The notes: generated by a model from the sequence alone, not told the origin. Counted from the first letter of the stretch, positions 18,021-26,063 are shown. The stretch: DNA of 26,063 nt from Desulfobacterales bacterium S5133MH16 (GCA_001751005.1 MAXL01000486.1:1-26063), one strand, 5' to 3'. Made by a program: numbers and translations.

Positions 18021-18147
18021 AATTTCCCTTTTGTTCCCGCTTTCTTTTTGATCCATTGGTAAAAAAAATAATAAATTTGGCTTTTTCCAAGCACATCATA
18101 TTTAGTATATAATTAGGTTGTGTGTCAAATACGGAATGTTATCTTGT

Positions 18148-18176
18148 TTGACACGGATGCACCGTTATTGTAAAAT
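18148..18176 (+). promoter_or_regulatory. Sigma70-type promoter of the MlaD-domain gene
   Basis: TTGACA-N17-TAAAAT. Confidence 0.65.
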
Positions 18177-18221
18177 TATGTTCGAATATATAATTATCAA
18201 TCGGATGGAAAGGAGTTATAT

Positions 18222-18896
18222 GTGCTGAAAAGAATTTTGGTTTTACTGATACTGCCGTTTGTTCTTCTGGCGTGTAAAGAAAATTCCCTCAACCTTAAAA
18301 TCCGGTTCCATCAGGTTCAAGGTCTGAAACAAGGAAACCGAGTCATTTTTGGACAAAATCATATCGGCACCGTCAAAAATCTGTTATATTCGAATGAAGA
18401 ATTTTTCATTGTCGATATTGCCATAAAAAAAGATTTTGCTGACCACGCCACAGAGCATTCCAGGTTTTTTATCATTACTGATCCCCAGCACAAGGAGAAT
18501 AAGGCCGTTGAGATGATCCAGATCCGTGACGGCGGAACACTGCTAAAAAATAATGCGACCATAGAAGGTTCCACCGAAACTTCAGTCTTTTTTTATCAGC
18601 TTTTTGGTGGAATTGAGAACGAACTTAAAGATTTTGAAAAACAGTTTGAACAATTCTCGAAAGACTTGAAAGGCATTCCTGAAAGCCAAGAATTCAAAAA
18701 GCTTGAAAACGAATTGCAGCGTCTGGCAGAAGAGATGAAACGATCCGGCCAAGCGGTGCAACAAAAGATAAAGGAGGAATTATTGCCGAAACTTAAAGAA
18801 GAGATGGAAAAACTCAGAAAACGGTTACACGAGTTCGGCCGTGAGGATGAGATGAAACCTCTTGAAATCGAAATGGAAAAAATTCAAAATATATAA
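18222..18896 (+). CDS. MlaD/MCE-domain lipoprotein with C-terminal coiled coil
   Basis: Signal peptide with LLAC lipobox; F..VQGLKQGNRV...IGTV MCE signature; Glu/Lys-rich helical tail; AAGGAG RBS. Confidence 0.78.
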   Translation: MLKRILVLLILPFVLLACKENSLNLKIRFHQVQGLKQGNRVIFGQNHIGTVKNLLYSNEEFFIVDIAIKKDFADHATEHSRFFIITDPQHKENKAVEMIQIRDGGTLLKNNATIEGSTETSVFFYQLFGGIENELKDFEKQFEQFSKDLKGIPESQEFKKLENELQRLAEEMKRSGQAVQQKIKEELLPKLKEEMEKLRKRLHEFGREDEMKPLEIEMEKIQNI

Positions 18897-18928
18897 CGTT
18901 ATAATTTCTTCATGAAAAACAAGAAACC

Positions 18929-18958
18929 TTGCATCGCCAAAAGGTAATATGCTATGAT
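18929..18958 (+). promoter_or_regulatory. Possible sigma70 promoter directly upstream of element B
   Basis: TTGCAT-N18-TATGAT with an extended -10 TG. Confidence 0.45.
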
Positions 18959-18965
18959 ATATAGT

Positions 18966-19110
18966 TAGTGTCCCTCCATAAATGAGGATTTTTGTTCAAG
19001 ATCAAGGCATGTGAAAAAAATAACCACAGGCATATGTTTAATATTCCGAGAATTATTTTTTGAGCATAACGCAGAGATTGGGCAAAAAGACCATTTATGG
19101 AGGGACACTA
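18966..19110. mobile_element. MITE-like palindromic element, type B
   Basis: Perfect 19-bp terminal inverted repeats TAGTGTCCCTCCATAAATG / CATTTATGGAGGGACACTA; 145 bp; TA at both ends. Confidence 0.85.
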
Positions 19111-19140
19111 GGCGTATAATAATAAGTCAGGGCTGCCAAC

Positions 19141-19332
19141 ATGACGGAAAAAGTTTTTATCTACAAGGATAATAAGACGATAATTATTTGCCCTAAATGC
19201 GAAAAATCAAAGACAATAGACGTATCCGAAGAATTGGGTTCCAAATACTTGGTCCGGACAAACCCCGCAAACGGAACCGGCCGGCCTCTCGATCGTAGAG
19301 CCTATAGTTCTGTAAGAACCAAAACAGATTGA
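19141..19332 (+). pseudogene. Probable truncated remnant of a zinc-ribbon/PilZ-type protein
   Basis: MTEKVFIYKDNKTIIICPKCEKSKTIDVS resembles, from memory, N-termini of deltaproteobacterial CxxC-PilZ proteins. The second CxC and the PilZ part are absent and the tail looks non-homologous. Confidence 0.45.
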
Positions 19333-19357
19333 AAATATTGGATAATTGAGAGCAATT

Positions 19358-20266
19358 ATGGATGTTAAAAAACGGCTAAAAAACTTGTTAGAGACGGCGA
19401 AGCTTTATCGATCCCAGGGATTATTATTCGAGGCAAAGGGGAAATATGAAGACGCGGCAGCCTTAATTCAGGAAACCGGTTTAATAAAAGATGGGCAAAA
19501 CCTGATAGACATTATTTCAAAGAAAATTAGTGGCGTAAAAAAAGATATTGAAAGAATAGAAAAGCAACCCACATTACCTGAAGTGTCAGAAAAAAATCAG
19601 GATGTTATCAAGGAACTATTCTCTGAAACAACAGGAAAAGACAAAGATGCGGCAACTCTTGAAGGAGCCATAACACTGGCCAAGTTCGGTCAGTTCGATA
19701 GAGCTTTAAAAGATTTAAACGAGTTGTTAAAAAAAGCTCCTATCCGAATGAATGCTGCTAAAAATATTTTGCGTTGTCATATGGCACGCACTTCCATAGA
19801 GGACGCTGTTGTTCAATTTCAGAAATGGCAGTCAAGCGATATTTTTACAAAGGGCCAGTTGATAACAATCCGTTTGTTTCTTGAAGTTTTCCGTTTCGAC
19901 AACTTTAAAGAAAATATTTCCCTGCAATTAAAGAATCCCGCAGATGTTGAAAATCTTGAGATAACCAATGGCACGGTTCCGGATATCTGTTCCATGATAA
20001 TAACTTTGGTTGATGGGCCATTAAAAGGAGTGACATTTGTTCTTGATGTCCGTTTTCAAATAGGAAATGTAATTACTTTATTCATCGAAGACCACAAGGA
20101 AGAATTGCTGGAAAGTTTTGAAGTTGGCAAAACTCTTGATAATCTGCAGTTTAATACCACTATTGCCATATTTAAAGGTAAAGGGGTCGTTACTGAAAAG
20201 ATTAAGATCGATTCCGGATCAAGGCAGGGAGATTACAGAGTCGACATACAGGTTATGAGTTCGTAA
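19358..20266 (+). CDS. TPR-like helical protein with C-terminal beta-rich (PilZ-like?) domain
   Basis: LYRSQGLLFEAKGKYEDA and AKFGQFDRALKDL helical-repeat-like segments; beta-rich C-terminus. ATG 19358 preferred over TTG 19346. Confidence 0.6.
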   Translation: MDVKKRLKNLLETAKLYRSQGLLFEAKGKYEDAAALIQETGLIKDGQNLIDIISKKISGVKKDIERIEKQPTLPEVSEKNQDVIKELFSETTGKDKDAATLEGAITLAKFGQFDRALKDLNELLKKAPIRMNAAKNILRCHMARTSIEDAVVQFQKWQSSDIFTKGQLITIRLFLEVFRFDNFKENISLQLKNPADVENLEITNGTVPDICSMIITLVDGPLKGVTFVLDVRFQIGNVITLFIEDHKEELLESFEVGKTLDNLQFNTTIAIFKGKGVVTEKIKIDSGSRQGDYRVDIQVMSS

Positions 20267-20301
20267 TTGTTGATAAGATCGATTTTTTACGAATTCATCA
20301 A
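20253..20301. repeat. Minimal type A remnant (two ends, no core)
   Basis: TTATGAGTTCGTAA ... TTTTTTACGAATTCATCAA. The right end plus following TATT matches the type A copy 2 end TTTTTACGAGTTCATCAATATT. Confidence 0.55.
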
Positions 20302-20311
20302 TATTATACTC

Positions 20312-20470
20312 TTAATTTTTCTGCGATGTTTTGTTTTTGCCATTACCTTTATTGCTTGTCACCTGACAAGAATCTTTCAGTCAGGTGGAAATTCCTAATT
20401 TTGGCAGGATATAAGCCTGCAAAAGATACCAGATCCCTACGATGATCACCAACCCAATGATTTCTTTCAT
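20312..20470 (-). CDS. Candidate 52-aa membrane-anchored selenoprotein (U30, UxxxxC)
   Basis: AAGGAG RBS 7 nt before the ATG. Hand translation MKEIIGLVIIVGIWYLLQAYILPKLGIST-U-LKDSCQVTSNKGNGKNKTSQKN; in-frame TGA at 20383-20381 followed by a hairpin. If the UGA is a stop, it is a 29-aa membrane peptide. Confidence 0.65.
20355..20370 (-). promoter_or_regulatory. SECIS-like hairpin of the small ORF
   Basis: CTTGTC-AGGT-GACAAG starting 10 nt after the UGA, extendable by ATT/AAT across a bulged C. Confidence 0.6.
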
Positions 20471-20603
20471 TTTTTATCTCCTTTATTCCGACACCCTCTA
20501 CAGCATTTGATAAAAAACAGGGGTTACAGGTGACGGTTCACGTAATCATGTGCATGTGAAACAGCCTCTGTGATTTCTTTTAAATGTTTCAGATCTTCCC
20601 GGT

Positions 20604-21086
20604 TCATAAATATTTTTTTTCTATCAGGTCCGACAGTGCTTCAATCTCTTCCAAGCCAAATGTGGGCACATTTACACTGATATCCGTATCTGTGACAAGG
20701 GCGATGAAGGTTTTATCATCATTGCAAAGCAGCTTTTTGTTTTTACTGGAGCGACATACTTCTATTTTGGGTCTTTTTTCCTTTTTGAACCCTTCAGTGA
20801 TAACAAGATCCACGTCATCAAAATATTTTTCAATGCTTTCCAACTGCACGAAATTTTCATCTTTTATCATGACGATCCTTTCCCTGGAAGCAACAATGAC
20901 CGTATCTGCACCGGCTGCTTTGTGACGCCAGCTATCCTTTCCTTTTTTGTCCATATCAAAATCATGAGAAGCGTGTTTAACAGTCCCTACCCTGTATCCC
21001 CGTTTTTTAAGTTCGGGAATTAGCTTTTCGATCAATGTGGTCTTGCCGGATTTGGATTTACCTACAACAGAAATAATAGGCAGCAT
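20604..21086 (-). CDS. mobB: Molybdopterin-guanine dinucleotide biosynthesis protein B
   Basis: VVGKSKSGKTTLIEKL P-loop, VGTVKH, GKDSWRH..AGA and DLVITEGFK motifs. Confidence 0.93.
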   Translation of the reverse strand: MLPIISVVGKSKSGKTTLIEKLIPELKKRGYRVGTVKHASHDFDMDKKGKDSWRHKAAGADTVIVASRERIVMIKDENFVQLESIEKYFDDVDLVITEGFKKEKRPKIEVCRSSKNKKLLCNDDKTFIALVTDTDISVNVPTFGLEEIEALSDLIEKKYL

Positions 21087-21192
21087 GGCAACGTACCTTT
21101 TTTATTTGTAACCTCTCAAAAAATCTGATTTTTTACATTTTATCACCAGAGGTCGCCATAATTTATTGAGAAGTTGTTTTTGATTTTGTGTG

Positions 21193-21221
21193 AACATAAG
21201 TAGAAAAATAAATAATGTCAA
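21193..21221 (-). promoter_or_regulatory. Sigma70-type promoter for mobB
   Basis: Minus strand reads TTGACA-N17-TATGTT. Confidence 0.6.
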
Positions 21222-21249
21222 GGTGAGCACAAAAACCGTTCTTAACCGC

Positions 21250-21278
21250 TTGACACCCAGGACCGGTTTCTCTAAACT
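21250..21278 (+). promoter_or_regulatory. Sigma70-type promoter for the aor operon
   Basis: TTGACA-N17-TAAACT. Confidence 0.6.
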
Positions 21279-21365
21279 TGATTATGGGGAAAGATTTGAG
21301 ACAATTACGCCATTGGGTTAAAAAAAATATTTTGAAACAACACTCAAATTTTTATTGGGATTACC

Positions 21366-23114
21366 ATGTATGGATGGTGCGGAAAAATTGCAAAAATAAA
21401 CCTCTCTGATCAAACCTGGAGCGTCGAAACCGCTGATCCGGAAATATTAAAAAAGTTTATCGGAGGGAGAGGCCTGGCCGGATATTACCTCAGAAAGAAA
21501 ATAACTCTTAACTGGGACGATCCGGATATGCCGCTTCTCATTTTTACCGGACCTCTCGTTAACACGCGCTCTCCCACATCCGGACGGATGACCATTATGT
21601 CCCGCTCACCGCTGACCGGTACGGTGGGTGATTCTTCAGTGGGAGGATCTTTTGGCACTGAATTAAAAAAAGCCGGGTTTGACGGCATAATTATAACCGG
21701 AAAGAGTCATATCCTTGCCGGCATAGAGATATTGAACGATTCTATCCGCATTACAGATGCCCGTCATCTTGCCGGACGGGAAACAGGTTATGTTAATTCA
21801 CTGTTAAAGGGTAAAGGATCTAGGGCGGTTATAGGACCCGCAGCGGAAAACGGAGTTGTTTTTTCCAGTGTCATTGTAGATCGATATTTTGCAGCGGGTA
21901 GAAGCGGCATCGGACGGGTATCGGCTTCCAAAAACATAAAATACATTACCGTAAAAGGTACCGGTAAAACTAAAATTTTTAATGCCCAAGATCTGAGAAA
22001 AGCCCGGGAAGATGTTTTCAGGCTTGCAGCGGCTTCACCGGTTCTGCTTGGAGAATTCGGGATATCCCGCTTCGGCACCGGCGCGTTGTATGATCTTATG
22101 GATGCAAGATGCATGATGCCGACCGACAATTTTCGCCAAACAAAGTTCAGCCATGCCTCCTTTATGAATGCCCATGCTTTCAAGAAAAGATATGCCCCTA
22201 AAAAAAGCGGATGCCGGGGATGCCACATTCTTTGTAAGAAAATAACTAAAAACCACACCAGCATACCCGAGTTTGAAACCATGTCTCATTTCAGTGCACT
22301 GTTAGACAACAGCGATATACATACTGTGGTCCGAGCAAACCGGATATGTAATGAAATGGGGATGGATACCATTTCGGCTGCAGCCACCTTGGCGTGCTTT
22401 TCAGAAATATCCCAAAAAAGACTGTCGCCTAATGAAATCGTCTCTCTGCTTCTTGATATTGGGGAAAAAAGGGGGTTGGGTGCAGAGCTCGGCATGGGCG
22501 CTGCAAAATACGCAAAGCGTCGCGGCCGTTCCGATCTTGCAATGGCGGTCAAAGGACAGGAGCTACCGGCCTATGACCCGAGAGGCGCATATGGGATGGC
22601 CTTGGCTTATGCGACATCCACTCGTGGCGGATGCCATCTGAGAGCATACCCTGTCAGCCACGAGATTTTAAGAAAGCCGGTTGCCACGGATCGTTTTACT
22701 TTCAAAGGCAAAGCGAGAATAATAAAAATCGGTGAAGATTTAAATGCGGTAGCCGATTCCCTTACCGCGTGCAAATTCATATTCTTTGCAGCATCCCTGG
22801 AAGAGTATGCCAAGATTTATACCGCCGTTACAGGAATAAAGACATCCGGACAGGATCTGTTTAAGACCGGTGAACGAATCTATTATAATGAACGGATCAT
22901 GAATTCAGCCAACGGGTTTACAGAAAAGGATGACGATCTGCCGGACCGTTTCTTTACATCGCCGGGTTACAAAAACACAAGCATTGATATTGATCCCATA
23001 GACAGAAAAGCGTTTTTAGAAGCCCGTTCCAATTATTATGTGGTCAGAAAACTGGATAAAAAGGGGATGCCGGTTCCGGATACGGCAAGGAAGCTTGGCC
23101 TCGTTATTTCATAA
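21366..23114 (+). CDS. aor: Aldehyde:ferredoxin oxidoreductase family (tungstopterin) enzyme
   Basis: FIGGRGL, SPLTG..SSVGG, GPAAEN, CRGCHILC, EFET, GMDTIS, KGQELPAYDPRG, RGGCH and DSLTACKF motifs. Confidence 0.92.
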   Translation: MYGWCGKIAKINLSDQTWSVETADPEILKKFIGGRGLAGYYLRKKITLNWDDPDMPLLIFTGPLVNTRSPTSGRMTIMSRSPLTGTVGDSSVGGSFGTELKKAGFDGIIITGKSHILAGIEILNDSIRITDARHLAGRETGYVNSLLKGKGSRAVIGPAAENGVVFSSVIVDRYFAAGRSGIGRVSASKNIKYITVKGTGKTKIFNAQDLRKAREDVFRLAAASPVLLGEFGISRFGTGALYDLMDARCMMPTDNFRQTKFSHASFMNAHAFKKRYAPKKSGCRGCHILCKKITKNHTSIPEFETMSHFSALLDNSDIHTVVRANRICNEMGMDTISAAATLACFSEISQKRLSPNEIVSLLLDIGEKRGLGAELGMGAAKYAKRRGRSDLAMAVKGQELPAYDPRGAYGMALAYATSTRGGCHLRAYPVSHEILRKPVATDRFTFKGKARIIKIGEDLNAVADSLTACKFIFFAASLEEYAKIYTAVTGIKTSGQDLFKTGERIYYNERIMNSANGFTEKDDDLPDRFFTSPGYKNTSIDIDPIDRKAFLEARSNYYVVRKLDKKGMPVPDTARKLGLVIS

Positions 23115-23137
23115 AATTACAATAATACAAAGAATCC

Positions 23138-24316
23138 ATGGATCAAATTTTTCGTATATACGAAGATAAATTCCTAAAAAGCGGTCTGGCAGATCAGGGG
23201 ACGCCGCTGCTCGGCCTGCTTGATGCCCGCCTTTCATGGAACAGAGATGACAAGGCGTGTGCTGTACTGGAAAGACTATTTGAACATCTTAACATTAACG
23301 CCCTTGTTTTTTCGCAGCCTGCCGAGCCGTATCGGAGCATCGTAGATTATCTGGCGGAAACTTCAGGCGGAATTATCTTTCCCGGGGACTGTGAATCCAG
23401 AACATTCCTCCATGACCTTCCGGTTTCATTCAGCTTTTCATTGGAGTCCATTATTTTAGCCCTAAAAGAGCGAAAAAGCGTTATCATCCCCGGCCAAGGT
23501 ATTATTACCTACGGCACTGTCGGCCTTGAACAGGCCTATGTTACATTTTCGTCGGTCTGCTTTGCCTGTTTTGTAAAATTCTTCTCAGACTACCTGTTCG
23601 ATATAACACATGGAAAGATAAATAACATAAGGCAGAATCTATTTGACTTGCTTGTGAAAAGACTCGAACCGACTCCCTGTTTTAAAACTTCACTCATGAA
23701 AGGACCATTTGACTCGGAAATCAGTGTTTATCAGGCAATACAGGAAGCAGGAACCCTTATTGTTAAACACCGTCTGGTTGATTCCTATTTTGGGAACATC
23801 TCTTTTTGTTACAATGATACGCTCTATATCAGCCAGACCGGAAGCAGTCTGGACAACCTGCAAGGATTTATAGATCCATGCCCTTTAGACGGATCATCCT
23901 GCACGGCTGTCACCGCTTCCAGCGAACTTCCGGCACACCTGAAAATTGTTAAAAATACCGAGAACAACGCAATCCTGCACGGTCACCCGAGATTCTCCGT
24001 CATACTTTCCATGATCTGTGACATTGAGAAATGCGAATATAGAGGTCAGTGCCACATTAAATGCCCACATGAACGGTTTGTCTGCGACATTCCGATTGTT
24101 TCCGGCGAGGTGGGTTCAGGTCCCTACGGACTGTGCAACACGGTTCCTGAAGCCATTGAGGGCAGGCCGGGTGTTATCGTTTACGGTCACGGTGTTTTTA
24201 CGGCAGGCAAGACCGATTTCAACCGGCCGTTTAAGAATCTTATAAAAATCGAAAATGATTGCCGCACGGAATATTTTAACAGAATCCGTTCATTCCACAG
24301 ATACGGGCGACGGTGA
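23138..24316 (+). CDS. Class II aldolase/adducin-family protein with duplicated fold and Cys-rich insert
   Basis: C-terminal GNIS, SSELPAH, ILHGHP and VYGHGVF motifs; N-terminal part has a degenerate VIIPGQGIITYG equivalent; CDIEKCEYRGQCHIKC insert. Confidence 0.75.
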   Translation: MDQIFRIYEDKFLKSGLADQGTPLLGLLDARLSWNRDDKACAVLERLFEHLNINALVFSQPAEPYRSIVDYLAETSGGIIFPGDCESRTFLHDLPVSFSFSLESIILALKERKSVIIPGQGIITYGTVGLEQAYVTFSSVCFACFVKFFSDYLFDITHGKINNIRQNLFDLLVKRLEPTPCFKTSLMKGPFDSEISVYQAIQEAGTLIVKHRLVDSYFGNISFCYNDTLYISQTGSSLDNLQGFIDPCPLDGSSCTAVTASSELPAHLKIVKNTENNAILHGHPRFSVILSMICDIEKCEYRGQCHIKCPHERFVCDIPIVSGEVGSGPYGLCNTVPEAIEGRPGVIVYGHGVFTAGKTDFNRPFKNLIKIENDCRTEYFNRIRSFHRYGRR

Positions 24317-24951
24317 ATCGTCATCCACAGGGAAGGAATCTCAAGAAACTTTTAGAACGATATGTCATGTTTAATCATTTTGACATTATTGCGCCGTTTT
24401 ATGATCGGGTTATCCATAAACTCGATTTGAAACGCTTGACCGATTTGCTGAAGTTACCGACCAGGGGTCGCATGCTTGATGCCGGCGGTGGAACCGGCCG
24501 GGTATCATCCCGCTTACGGTCCACGATCGATGAAATTGTGGTATGCGATTTGTCTTTGTCTATGCTGAGACAAGCCAAAAACAAAGGCCGGTTATTGACG
24601 GTTCAGACCCACGTAGAAAAACTTCCTTTTCCCGATGAGAGTTTTGAACGGATTTTAGTGGTAGATGCCCTGCATCATTTTTGCAATCAGCGGGAATCCA
24701 TTCAAGAATTGCTGCGTGTGCTCAAAACCGGAGGGTGTTTGGTGATAGAAGAGCCGAATATCGATAATTTCATTATTAAATTGGTTGCTCTGGCGGAAAA
24801 GCTGGCGTTAATGCGCAGTTGTTTCAATTCTTCTGATGAACTTGTCGATATGATAAAGGATCAGGGATTTAATGCCCGTGTTGAAAGTGACGGCCGTTTT
24901 TTTTTCTGGGTGGTTGTTGAAAAAAATGATAGTGGCGTAATGAAGTTGTAA
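24313..24951 (+). CDS. Class I SAM-dependent methyltransferase
   Basis: MLDAGGGTG motif I, VCDLS, LPFPDESF and LRVLKTGG motifs. True start may be ATG 24367. Confidence 0.88.
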   Translation: MNRHPQGRNLKKLLERYVMFNHFDIIAPFYDRVIHKLDLKRLTDLLKLPTRGRMLDAGGGTGRVSSRLRSTIDEIVVCDLSLSMLRQAKNKGRLLTVQTHVEKLPFPDESFERILVVDALHHFCNQRESIQELLRVLKTGGCLVIEEPNIDNFIIKLVALAEKLALMRSCFNSSDELVDMIKDQGFNARVESDGRFFFWVVVEKNDSGVMKL

Positions 24952-24963
24952 AGTATAGATCGG

Positions 24964-25818
24964 TTAAACGCGGCCTCCGCTCCACCTTAGTTTGGCCTTG
25001 AGTACATCAAAATAATGCTGACCCGGCAATGTGATCATTTTAACGGGATAGAGACCTTTCCGGATAATGATGGTGTGCTCTTCATTGATTTCGATACCGG
25101 CCTGGCCGTCAAATGTCAGCATGATATCCGATGACTTTTTTCCAAGCCTGATCTTGATGCTTGCCGAGTCAGGAACAATGAGCGGACGGTTGGTCAGGGT
25201 AAACGGGCAGATCGGTGTCATTAAGATACCCGGTACTGCAGGATGGACAATCGGACCACCGGCAGCAAGTGAATAGGCGGTTGAACCGGTGGGGGTTGCA
25301 ACGATAAGTCCGTCTGCACTGTATGTGGTCAAATAGCAATCGTTAATATACGTTTCGATATGAGCAAGTCTTGCAAGCGCACCCTTGTTGATGACAATAT
25401 CGTTCAATACGGTTTCACGGGCCAGTTCTTTTTCCTTCCTGACAACTTTAACTAAAAGTCGCATCCTGGGCTCTATGTTGAACTCGTTATTTAAAACAGC
25501 CTCGGCAGCAGAAAAAAGGTTCTCTTCGACGGTTTCCGCCAGAAAACCGACTTCACCGAACTTGACTCCGATAATCGGTATGTTCTGGTCTCCTATCCAG
25601 CGAACCGCACTCAAAAAAGTGCCGTCTCCTCCGAGCACGAAAATGGAAAGCAGATTCGCCGGAGCGAATGATTTATCTTTGTCCGCAATTCCGTGTCTTG
25701 GATGCAGGTTTTCTTTTCTGACAACATCTATATCTTTTGAACGCAGCCAATTTTCAAGTTCATAGGCTTTTTTGGTTGCCTCCGCATCTGCTTTTACAAC
25801 AATTCCTATCTGTTTCAC
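24964..25818 (-). CDS. nadK: NAD(+) kinase
   Basis: [41 protein letters not shown] and DGQ motifs; AAGGAG RBS. Confidence 0.96.
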   Translation of the reverse strand: MKQIGIVVKADAEATKKAYELENWLRSKDIDVVRKENLHPRHGIADKDKSFAPANLLSIFVLGGDGTFLSAVRWIGDQNIPIIGVKFGEVGFLAETVEENLFSAAEAVLNNEFNIEPRMRLLVKVVRKEKELARETVLNDIVINKGALARLAHIETYINDCYLTTYSADGLIVATPTGSTAYSLAAGGPIVHPAVPGILMTPICPFTLTNRPLIVPDSASIKIRLGKKSSDIMLTFDGQAGIEINEEHTIIIRKGLYPVKMITLPGQHYFDVLKAKLRWSGGRV

Positions 25819-25841
25819 GGCTAAGTATTACTCCTTTATTG

Positions 25842-26063
25842 TTATTCCTGAATTTCTCCCCTGCCTTTTACTTTGTGGTGTTCGGTCTTCCAGGGTCTTG
25901 CGGCCAGGATAAAAGCGATAACCAGATTTATCAGAAGCCAGACAATACCGATTAAAACAACTGCCGTCCAGGAGTACCCTCCATAAGGTTTGCTCAGTTC
26001 ATTATAAAAATCGATGGTTAGGAGCGCCACAAGTACAGCCGGAGTAAAAACTTTAATAAAAAA
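25842..26063 (-). CDS. C-terminus of a sodium-dependent (NSS/SNF-family) transporter, cut by the window edge
   Basis: Frame is open to the window end: FFIKVFTPAVLVALLTIDFYNELSKPYGGYSW... with two hydrophobic helices and the PYGGY motif I recall from bacterial NSS C-termini. Confidence 0.7.
   Translation of the reverse strand, partial: FFIKVFTPAVLVALLTIDFYNELSKPYGGYSWTAVVLIGIVWLLINLVIAFILAARPWKTEHHKVKGRGEIQE

Noticed and set aside
17571-18056. Prophage remnant around the KilA-N gene
   Set aside because: No integrase, structural or other phage genes, and no att-like repeats seen.
3734-19110. Repeats as a CRISPR array or integron attC sites
   Set aside because: Copies are dispersed rather than regularly spaced, have long TIRs, and no cas or integrase gene is present.
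20355-20388. TTGTCA-CC-TGACAA palindrome as a transcription-factor operator or terminator
   Set aside because: Better explained as the SECIS-like stem inside the small ORF; it lacks a U-tract and is not in a promoter position.
20584-20925. 113-aa plus-strand ORF and the many other antisense or nested ORFs in the track
   Set aside because: They overlap well-supported genes (here mobB) on the opposite strand or in another frame and lack motifs.

Overview
Chromosomal window that looks like a Desulfobacterales-type anaerobic deltaproteobacterium (inferred from gene families and repeat style). The core is a ~11.7 kb co-oriented redox cluster: a four-subunit 2-oxoacid:ferredoxin oxidoreductase (korDABC-like), a 1119-aa degenerate HdrL-like flavoprotein, an MvhD-HdrC-CCG (HdrD-like) fusion, a selenocysteine HdrA-MvhD fusion, and a translationally coupled KamA-like radical SAM enzyme whose lysine-binding residues are altered. 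The ORF track splits the HdrA at an in-frame UGA that is followed by a SECIS-like hairpin. Flanking genes: HEAT-repeat protein, Fe-S protein plus DUF523/TudS-like pair, CBS-ACT protein, KilA-N protein, MlaD lipoprotein, TPR protein, mobB, tungsten-type AOR with a class II aldolase-like protein and a methyltransferase, NAD kinase, and the end of an NSS transporter. Not in the ORF track: (1) a candidate 52-aa membrane selenoprotein (UxxxxC plus SECIS-like hairpin) at 20312-20470; (2) a 51-aa four-Cys protein behind a canonical promoter with NrdR-like boxes; (3) four ~150-bp palindromic elements, with three different terminal inverted repeat types around one shared, structurally covarying hairpin core, plus a ~50-bp remnant. 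No rRNA, tRNA, CRISPR array or transposase was seen. All assignments come from motif reading and recall; no database searches were run.
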